Program-made: the position numbers and the translations under genes | NCBI GenBank assembly: GCA_937625935.1 | Contig: OW569385.1 | Span: 124,001-188,000, forward strand | Reading direction: 5' to 3' | Length of the DNA stretch: 64,000 nucleotides | Source of the DNA: Tetramitus jugosus | Taxonomy: Eukaryota; Protista; Heterolobosea | Shown: positions 56,216-64,000 of the stretch, piece by piece | Numbering within the stretch: the stretch's first letter is position 1 | Layout of the letters: each line of letters begins with the position of its first letter | Notes under the pieces: generated by a model | Told to the model about the DNA's origin: nothing | Database searches by the model: none | Seen by the model: only the letters and a program-made list of their open reading frames with translations

Positions 56216-57442
56216 CTATTTAATAGGAACCTGTAAATATTGACCAAAGAAGGAAGATAGTTTCTGCTTGTACTCTTGCATTTGACTTGCGATTAGTGTA
56301 CAGTGGTTATTGCACCCATCTCTTTTGATATTTGTGTATACCTTGTTATCTCCAAAATACACGGAAGGTGAGCCACCTGCACCTCTATTCGCCAACAAGC
56401 ATGAAATTGTATTGGACTCTGGAACAACCATATCTCGGTAACCCTGAACAAGAAACAATGGTCTGTTACCAATCTGAGAACATGATTTCAAAGGGTCATA
56501 TGGAAAGGGAGGAAAACCGTACTTGCTCATCACCTTGGACACAACGTGAGCGCCAGACATGAGTATGGTTGATAGTAATCGACTATTAACAATCTCTTGC
56601 ATTCCAAATAAAATTGTCTGATAAACATCAGTTGGAGGTGAATCTAGGAATACCGCTTTCAACTTCTCTTCTTGTGCATAGGCAATTACCCCAGTAGCGG
56701 CTCCCATACTACTTCCATGGAGACCTACAGTAATATTGGCACCAAATTTTTCAACTAAATAGTCATATCCTCCCAATACATCTAAATGTTCAGCATAACC
56801 AAATGTTGCGTATGGATACTTGCTATCCACTTGTGAACTGCCGTGATTTCTCAAATCAGGAATGAGGACATTATATCCAGAATAATAGAGCATTCCAGCA
56901 GTAGCTAATTTGGAAGAGCTACTCTTGCATCCATGGTAACCATGAATCACAATGACAAATGAATGATTCAGTGGATCATTTTGTGTAATCAGAAATGCTG
57001 AAAGTTTCATGGTTGAAGCGAAGGAAGCCTTTCTGGACATGAACTCGACCAATTTCCAACTATTTTCTGGAACAGTTAACCCATCAAAAGTATTATTGCC
57101 GGTAATCAATTTTCTCAACTCTGGGCAATGCCTATACTCTCCTTGCTTCCAGTGAGATGGTGTGTTATTGGCTGTGACACTATTTGCACACTCGTTCAGT
57201 TTATGGTTGGACTTGAAAACCTTTGAAAATGCAAAAACACCCAGAATCAAGTACAACACGAATATACTAAATGCAACTACAAGTGCCATGGTGAGCGCAG
57301 AGAGAAATCCACAACAGCAACTACAAATTGAAAGATTCTTTTTCTTGGACTTGTGTGTGGATGAAGAGAGTATATCCTGGTCGTCAATTTGCTTGTAAGG
57401 CCACATGAGGAGCTCCTCAGTTGAAGAACTTTTGTTTGTCAT
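56216..57442 (-). CDS. Membrane-anchored alpha/beta hydrolase
   Basis: N-terminal TM helix; IHG, PDLRNHGSS, GSSMG nucleophile elbow, G.RD.VVP, terminal His. Confidence 0.88.
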   Translation of the reverse strand: MTNKSSSTEELLMWPYKQIDDQDILSSSTHKSKKKNLSICSCCCGFLSALTMALVVAFSIFVLYLILGVFAFSKVFKSNHKLNECANSVTANNTPSHWKQGEYRHCPELRKLITGNNTFDGLTVPENSWKLVEFMSRKASFASTMKLSAFLITQNDPLNHSFVIVIHGYHGCKSSSSKLATAGMLYYSGYNVLIPDLRNHGSSQVDSKYPYATFGYAEHLDVLGGYDYLVEKFGANITVGLHGSSMGAATGVIAYAQEEKLKAVFLDSPPTDVYQTILFGMQEIVNSRLLSTILMSGAHVVSKVMSKYGFPPFPYDPLKSCSQIGNRPLFLVQGYRDMVVPESNTISCLLANRGAGGSPSVYFGDNKVYTNIKRDGCNNHCTLIASQMQEYKQKLSSFFGQYLQVPIK

Positions 57443-57709
57443 TGAGGGATGTCCTTTTGTTTGTTCTGTCGGAGGAAGATTTCTGGGAGTTCTTTCTTCG
57501 CACCATACTCGGCCGCAGAATTACCGGACACTGGTAATTACTCATCTTGCTCATTGTATAGGGTGGTTCAGTTACAAGATTTATCCTTTAAAGTTGCCCT
57601 CAAAGTCGATAAGTGATCTTCATGATCCAGTCTAAAATTAGTTGGTGGATTCTGATCGGGAACAAGTTTGGTTGCTCCATCAATTTTTTTACCTCACAAC
57701 AAAAAAAAG

Positions 57710-58924
57710 ATGGCATTGAATTTGGATGTGTGGAGTATCATCATCGAGTATTGTGATTCTCGTTCTTGGATTCAATTGAGTTGCACTAGCAAGGAGATCA
57801 ACCAGTTTAAGTTTGATCGATCGATGATGTGCAACAAGCGAAGAACGTTAAAAAAGGTTGATTCCGAAGAGATTACAAGATTGTTAAGCTTGGCAAGAGG
57901 AACGTTATTTAATGTGTGTTGTAGTGCGAATGACAGTGTCACTGATGAACATTTTCAGTTTTTTGAAGGAATTCACACTTTAGATATGTCTTGGTGCAAC
58001 CAGTCGACTGTGACTGGTAAGGCCTTGTCCCACTTAACAGGAATTCATACTTTAATAATGCATCATTGTTTTCAAGGTTCGATCAATGATGACTCCTTTG
58101 CGTTCTTGTCTGGTATTCACTCACTTAACATGTCCTGGTGTAATCAGCGCACAATTACCGATCAGGCCTTTTCTCACCTGTCTGGAATTCGCACCTTGAA
58201 TATGAATTGCTGTCAACAACCATCAATAACTGAAAAAGCTTTTTCTTACTTGACTGGAGTACAATCCTTGAGCATCTCCCGGTGTAATCGAGCAACTATA
58301 ACTGATAATATATTTCCTCATTTGGTTGGAATCCGAAAGTTGAACATGGACCGATGCAACCAAGATACAATCACCGATAAAGCTTTCTCATACCTAACAG
58401 GAATACATACACTAAGTATGAACGGTTGCAATCAGGAGACAATCACGGATTACGCATTCTCCTTCTTGTCTGGAGTCCACACATTGAGTATATCAGGTTG
58501 CACTCAATTAACAGATCATGCCTTTTCTTATCTGTCTGGCATTCGTAAGTTGATGATGCAACAATGTAATCAGAGAACAATTACGGATGACGCCTTCTCC
58601 TATCTATCAGGTATTCGTGAACTGAACATGTTCGGCTGCGACCAGACAACGATATCAGACAGGGCTTTTTCGTACTTGAAAGGAATAGAAAAGTTGGATA
58701 TATCCTCTTGTGATCAGGAAACTATCACAGATGCTGCCTTTTCACACTTGACAGGGATCGAATATTTAAACATGTGCAACTGCCCTCAGCCCACAATCAC
58801 GGACAAAGCATACTCGTACTTGGGAGGAATCAGAACCCTCATTGTGACAAGACGCAGAAATATTTCAAACAAGGCACTATCCTCCTTGCCAAGAACGAAC
58901 GTGGTGTATTCTTTCGACGATTGA
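57710..58924 (+). CDS. F-box/leucine-rich repeat protein
   Basis: LDVWSIIIEY..LSCTSK F-box-like start; ~12 repeats of ITD.AFS.L.GI..L.M..CNQ. Confidence 0.85.
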   Translation: MALNLDVWSIIIEYCDSRSWIQLSCTSKEINQFKFDRSMMCNKRRTLKKVDSEEITRLLSLARGTLFNVCCSANDSVTDEHFQFFEGIHTLDMSWCNQSTVTGKALSHLTGIHTLIMHHCFQGSINDDSFAFLSGIHSLNMSWCNQRTITDQAFSHLSGIRTLNMNCCQQPSITEKAFSYLTGVQSLSISRCNRATITDNIFPHLVGIRKLNMDRCNQDTITDKAFSYLTGIHTLSMNGCNQETITDYAFSFLSGVHTLSISGCTQLTDHAFSYLSGIRKLMMQQCNQRTITDDAFSYLSGIRELNMFGCDQTTISDRAFSYLKGIEKLDISSCDQETITDAAFSHLTGIEYLNMCNCPQPTITDKAYSYLGGIRTLIVTRRRNISNKALSSLPRTNVVYSFDD

Positions 58925-59115
58925 CCTGGGAGTCCATAACGGAGTATCAATTTATAAATGGGCTCAAGATTCCCCTTCAAGATATTTGTGCCGCGCGATT
59001 CAGAATTCATATGTTACAAGTCAAAAGTTCCATGAATCTTTCGTGCAACTAAAGACTCAAAACAACAAAACCAAATCAAAACACCATAACTTGTGTCCCC
59101 CTTTCAGTGGCAAGA

Positions 59116-60663
59116 ATGAAGATCTCCAATAGTGTGACCTGTTCCTTGCTTTTTGTACTCTTGATTACAATTCTTTTTGTAATCGTAGCTCCTTCTCAAC
59201 AACAAGCTCCAACCACAAGACCAGTGTTGCCGTTGACTTTTAGAGTTACTCTGTCCTTTACTCTCCCCAGCTCTGCATTCACCATGTCCTATCAAGAGTA
59301 CTATGATGGACCAAGCAAGAGATTCAGAATTGATTCAAGCTTCAGTGGCACTAGGCACATGAATCTGTGGAACTTGCAAAAGAAGAGATACTATGACATT
59401 AATCGTACGATGAGAACATGTGACGTGTACGATAGCAATGACTATGTAATTAATCAAGGAGCTGGTCAAGTTTCTCCAGTCAAGAACGGAACCAACCAAT
59501 TGTTCTCACCAAAGGAACTGTTCCAATTCGATGATGATTTTGTCTATAATGGAACAGATGTGATCAGAGGTGTCACGTGTGAAGTTTATAGAAGAGACAG
59601 CACTAATTTTTATTATAGTCCAGAAGTCGTGTTCAATGGAACTCAAATCATGTACTTTTCCATTCCAGATTGGACATTTATGGGAAAGAATATTACTAGG
59701 ATTCCACTTCGATCCAGAACAATTGGAACAATCAAGTTTTCAGATCCAGTGACTCGAAATGTGACTATCGTGCCAGATATTAGCACAATGGTTGATTTTA
59801 CTGATTTTAATACTGATGTGCCTGAGGATGTGTTCGAAGTTCCTTCCTTCTGTGTCGATCAAGTGAACCCTGTTCCAGTGCCTAACTTTGAGAGTGGCTC
59901 TTTTATTGCTTCATTGCAGATCAATCACAGAAAGACAAAGAAGATTGTGTTGATTGATGAGTACTGGGATACACAGAACCAATTAGTCAGAATCAACAGT
60001 CGTTCTGGATCAGAGTCCAACACTACCATCGGATTAGGAGCTAAGAAGCAATTGTTCGTGATGGGATCCAACAGAACCAAGTGTGCAAAGGAGGATCTGT
60101 CAACAGATTTTGCTCAAGTAGGTGGCCTTTTCTCTGTGAAGCAATTGTTCAAGATGGATACCAGATTCGGTGAAGTGTACAAGGGGCAACAAATGGTTCA
60201 TGAGATCAACTGTGACCATTGGGTCGCTGTACAAACATTGTCCGATGGCAGAAACTATACTGTTGAGAGATTTTTCTCTGCTGATGAGTGGAACACTGAT
60301 GGAACATCTGATGTGATTCCAACTCGTATCATTGTTGTTGGCACAGATGCTGATGGAAACGACATTGATGTCGCTATCGATGTGACCAAGTATCTTGATA
60401 TCTCACCAGATCCAGATATGTTTGAAGTTCCATCATCCTGCCCAGGATATCTCATCTACACCACTGTGAGAGCGTACAATGCTGCTGGCATTGGTTTCTT
60501 GTGTCTGTTCATTGGCTTGATCTTTGGAGCTATTGCCGGAGCAGGAATCATTTATCTTGTCTTTGTTAAGAAGGTATGCAACAGAATTTCAAAGGGAGGA
60601 AACATTCAAGTTCCCTCACCAGACACCAGAGGTAGAAACTATTCCATGGACGACTACGAGTAA
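59116..60663 (+). CDS. Type I membrane protein with two ependymin-related (EPDR/LolA-fold-like) domains
   Basis: Signal peptide; two repeats EY(Y/W)D..RI.S..G...I..C..F.VPS.C; C-terminal TM helix and short tail. Confidence 0.7.
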   Translation: MKISNSVTCSLLFVLLITILFVIVAPSQQQAPTTRPVLPLTFRVTLSFTLPSSAFTMSYQEYYDGPSKRFRIDSSFSGTRHMNLWNLQKKRYYDINRTMRTCDVYDSNDYVINQGAGQVSPVKNGTNQLFSPKELFQFDDDFVYNGTDVIRGVTCEVYRRDSTNFYYSPEVVFNGTQIMYFSIPDWTFMGKNITRIPLRSRTIGTIKFSDPVTRNVTIVPDISTMVDFTDFNTDVPEDVFEVPSFCVDQVNPVPVPNFESGSFIASLQINHRKTKKIVLIDEYWDTQNQLVRINSRSGSESNTTIGLGAKKQLFVMGSNRTKCAKEDLSTDFAQVGGLFSVKQLFKMDTRFGEVYKGQQMVHEINCDHWVAVQTLSDGRNYTVERFFSADEWNTDGTSDVIPTRIIVVGTDADGNDIDVAIDVTKYLDISPDPDMFEVPSSCPGYLIYTTVRAYNAAGIGFLCLFIGLIFGAIAGAGIIYLVFVKKVCNRISKGGNIQVPSPDTRGRNYSMDDYE

Positions 60664-61034
60664 GAATACCAAACCGGGTTCAGATTACGAATAAAGCACC
60701 AAACTAATTTCTCCGAAACCAAAAAATTAGGCACAGAAAAAATGACAGAAAATGGCGGCAACAATTTATCTCATCTGATCTATCGAGGATCTTCTCAGGC
60801 ATTGGTCTTGAGCGAAACAAACACCAATGATCAAAATGGCCGGCGGTATGAATCATCCACTGACGTTGCTCTCATTGATAATGTATGTTCATCATGATTT
60901 TTGAGCAACAAAAGCTTGTGGCACAAGTTATCACGCATAGCTTTCTTCCGTTATTGTGTTGGTGTTGCTTGTCGTACACGACATAATTGTGTGAACTAAC
61001 ACCGTTCAATTTTTTTCTTTTTGATCAACAGTCG

Positions 61035-62036
61035 ATGGCTAACAAGCGCATCTCTTCGCTGTCTGCGCCCAATGTGCAGCTGAAGGGTCATCAAGGCGCA
61101 GTGCTCACGTGCTCCTTTTCTCCCTGTGGTTCCTACTTGGTCACTGGTTCATCTGATAAGACATTGATGATTTGGGATCTCTTTAGTCAAGGTGAGTGTC
61201 AAAATATATCTGTTTTGAAGGGTCATAACAATGCTGTGCTTCAAGCATGTTGGAACTCTGATTCCACTCGTATCTGTTCAGTGTCTGCAGACAAGAGTGT
61301 CATGGTCTGGGATCCATTGAGTCACAAGAGGTTGAGAAGGTATAGAGATCACGAATCAATTGTCAATAGTTGTAGCTCTGTTGCCAATGTGATGTATTCT
61401 GCTCATGCCAGTGCAGATTCAGCAATGTTCTTTGTCACGGGATCAGATGATAAAACTGCAAAATTATTTGATGTAAGATGTAAGGAGGCTGTTCATTCTC
61501 TTCCATGCAAATACCCAGTATTGTCTGTTGCTATGAGTGCCAATGAAGTGTTTACTGCTGGTATTGATGAAGTGATCAAGGTCTGGGACAGAAGAATGAA
61601 CACAATTTCCTATGTTTTGTCTGGAGGTCATTCCGATTCAATCACTGGAATACAGTTGAGTCCTGATGGCAACTCTCTGTTGTCTTGTGCTATGGATACC
61701 ACATTGTGCATCTGGGATGTCAAACCATTCTTGGCCACCGATAACGTTACGTCTACTTCTCGCTTAGTGAAACAGATTCCTGGTGCAGCACTCTATGGAG
61801 TTGATAAAAATTTGCTCAGGTGTGCCTGGTCCAGCAACGGCAAGAGAATCTCTTGTGGTTCTGCTGATATTCCAAATCACGTGTATTTATGGGATAGCAC
61901 GAGCACTCAACTAAAGTACAGATTGCCTGGTCACAAGGATGCCGTCAATGAAGTAGCCTTCCATCCAAATCAACCAATAATTGCTTCTGCCAGCTCTGAC
62001 CGAACTGTTTTCCTCGGTGAATTGGAAGATATCTGA
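61035..62036 (+). CDS. SNRNP40: U5 snRNP 40-kDa WD40 protein
   Basis: SSLSAP..L.GH.G.V, KNLLRCAWS, YRLPGH..VNEVAFHP..PII.SASSD.T.FLGE. Confidence 0.88.
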   Translation: MANKRISSLSAPNVQLKGHQGAVLTCSFSPCGSYLVTGSSDKTLMIWDLFSQGECQNISVLKGHNNAVLQACWNSDSTRICSVSADKSVMVWDPLSHKRLRRYRDHESIVNSCSSVANVMYSAHASADSAMFFVTGSDDKTAKLFDVRCKEAVHSLPCKYPVLSVAMSANEVFTAGIDEVIKVWDRRMNTISYVLSGGHSDSITGIQLSPDGNSLLSCAMDTTLCIWDVKPFLATDNVTSTSRLVKQIPGAALYGVDKNLLRCAWSSNGKRISCGSADIPNHVYLWDSTSTQLKYRLPGHKDAVNEVAFHPNQPIIASASSDRTVFLGELEDI

Positions 62037-62606
62037 GTGAATTGAATAACTCACCACTGAATTGTATCTCATTCATCAGAGCTCGGAGGTATTGCCCAAA
62101 GAAGGCAGCGGAGTATTACATCACTATTTACGGATAATTTTTCCTGTTCCCGAGAAAACTCGAACCATAAAACTCGAACTGAAAGCACGTAAATTTAATT
62201 TTTGTGATTCCAAAAAACCATAAAACACCAACACGTCCCTCTTACGTAGCTCACGTATTATATATATTCACATAACACTTTGACATTTTGTTTACGTGCC
62301 AAAAACAACGCCTTTACGCAGCAAACACACATCTTAAAGCCACAATTCTTGCTTCCTACGTACATACAATAACTAACAAACAAAACGACTAAGAATATGA
62401 CATACCTCACAACCAAAAGAACAAGACAACTACAGAAAGGAGAACCATTGGTTTCACCTCTCAAAAAGAAACCAAAGCTTCTTCTCGCAGCTCACAGTCC
62501 CCCCACCAACCATCTTTATCGCTTCACTCACTCAAAAGCTACCACCTTAACACCCATACCAATAACAACAACAACAACAACAACAACAACACTAACAAAA
62601 AAAACA

Positions 62607-64000
62607 ATGGACAACAACATGGATAAACAAGTGTTTTACTTGTTGATAAATGATGTTGTAAAGAATCAGATCATTATTGATTGTATCACCTCATTCTTGC
62701 CTTACTGTGACTTAGTGTCCTTGTGTATGACAAGTAGACACTTGTATACACTGTTGAGTGAACATGGAGATGAATTCCATTTCCATTATCTCAAAAGATT
62801 GTTATTCAAGAAGCATGTCACGTCTTTTTTGAGTGAATACTTTACTCAACATGTGCTGCTACACAATACAACAAAAAATACAAAAAACAACAAGACAATA
62901 AAGCAAGAGACCAAGAAGAAGAACAAAAAACAAAGATCGTTAATGAACATATCATTTGATGATATCACTGCATCTTTGAGTGATAGTGATGAAGATGATG
63001 ATGAAGTGGCTCGTTTAACTAGTCAATCTGACGATGAAGATGATGACGATGATGTCATTGACGATGAGGAAGATGATGCCGAGGAAGAAGAGGTGAATGG
63101 TGGTCAAATCGAAGAAATTGATGGTTTGTCAAGTATTCTGGCTGATGTCAGTCGTCGAAACTTTCACATGCAAGCCATTCATAAGATGCAAGTGTTTATT
63201 GCTGGAAAGTGTGATTCCATGCAAGCTCTGCACTCAATCAGGCAACATTGCTCCTACCCGAATCATGTATTTTCAAGAATCATGTCATGGTACCATTCAT
63301 TGATCCATTCAGGATCCATTCGCACCATTGCAGTGTATGATGACTCATGGATCCTTCATCAACCTGCTTCAGTTGCGACCCAACAACAGAGTCTGAGCGA
63401 CCGAACGGTCACCCTGGAAATCTTTCCATTGAAATGGTTTCCTCATGTGAACCAACAAACTTTAGCCAGCAACATGAGAGAAAGAGAAGAACAGCGAGTA
63501 CTCTTGACAATTATTTCTAAAAAGTTGCCTTGTGATTCTAGTAAGGTTGTAGTCGCCTACTTGGAGACAAGAAGTACCAAAGTCGCATCAGAACTAGGTA
63601 TCTCGGTATCGGAGAGAACATGTGCATTTGAGATTTATCCTACGAAAACGAACATGGAGTGTCATGTTTATCCAGTGCTGAAAAATCTCAACTCATTGAT
63701 GATGTTGGGTGAATCTGATATATCCACGTGGATTGAATTGCTATTGTGGTATTCCGGTGTTCAATGCAAGCTCGACATATGCACATTTATTTATGAATTG
63801 TTTGATGAAGAGCTGGGTGAGAAGGATATTATCACGCCGATTCAAGATGATACAGAGATGGATGTTAGGACTAGTAATTTCGAGTCAAAGTTCAATCAGT
63901 TTGTTGCTGATTATGCATATGACTCTCTATGGTTAGATTCCGAGCTTGTATCCTATGTTTTCTCGATGTTGAATCGAATGTATTGCAAGAAAGCATACGA
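62607..64000 (+). CDS. F-box protein with acidic region; runs off the window end (absent from the ORF track)
   Basis: MDNNMDK..IIDCITSFLPYCDLVSLCMTSRHLY F-box; the frame appears open to the window edge. Confidence 0.75.
   Translation, partial: MDNNMDKQVFYLLINDVVKNQIIIDCITSFLPYCDLVSLCMTSRHLYTLLSEHGDEFHFHYLKRLLFKKHVTSFLSEYFTQHVLLHNTTKNTKNNKTIKQETKKKNKKQRSLMNISFDDITASLSDSDEDDDEVARLTSQSDDEDDDDDVIDDEEDDAEEEEVNGGQIEEIDGLSSILADVSRRNFHMQAIHKMQVFIAGKCDSMQALHSIRQHCSYPNHVFSRIMSWYHSLIHSGSIRTIAVYDDSWILHQPASVATQQQSLSDRTVTLEIFPLKWFPHVNQQTLASNMREREEQRVLLTIISKKLPCDSSKVVVAYLETRSTKVASELGISVSERTCAFEIYPTKTNMECHVYPVLKNLNSLMMLGESDISTWIELLLWYSGVQCKLDICTFIYELFDEELGEKDIITPIQDDTEMDVRTSNFESKFNQFVADYAYDSLWLDSELVSYVFSMLNRMYCKKAY

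Overview
Gene-dense, intron-poor eukaryotic DNA. Spliceosomal GT-AG introns are visible in PABP and WASP, and many proteins carry poly-N/Q/S/T tracts. It is most likely a free-living protist; a heterolobosean-like origin is only an inference. About 20 host genes are present, including RhoGAP, PABP, an NCS-like protein, a ~3000-aa orphan, mt-SSB, a calmodulin-like protein, WASP, a WD40-UBR-PHD protein, NSUN, RlmN, a P1B-ATPase, a DacB/PBP4-like peptidase, a Gfo/Idh/MocA oxidoreductase, an F-box/LRR protein, an ependymin-like protein and SNRNP40. There are four tRNA genes: Arg-TCT, Gln-TTG, Thr-AGT and Val-TAC. The main signal is a family of L1-clade-like non-LTR retrotransposons (ORF1 with RRM-like and coiled-coil parts; ORF2 with APE endonuclease, RT and C-terminal CCHC). 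Family sequence lies just upstream of all four tRNA genes and I recognised it nowhere else. Every copy has its 5' end facing the tRNA 5' end, about 43-56 bp away at the two loci (Thr, Val) where the junctions can be measured. Repeated insertion at the same spot built head-to-tail stacks whose units are separated by the same 15-17 bp target-site duplication. The stacks contain a near-complete 5.3-kb element, ~1.2-kb ORF1-only non-autonomous derivatives, 5'-truncated copies of several subfamilies and a ~100-nt hairpin-rich retroposed unit. Their 3' UTRs share a structure of tri-loop hairpins despite divergent sequence. The behaviour mirrors Dictyostelium TRE5; whether this family is related or convergent needs phylogeny.
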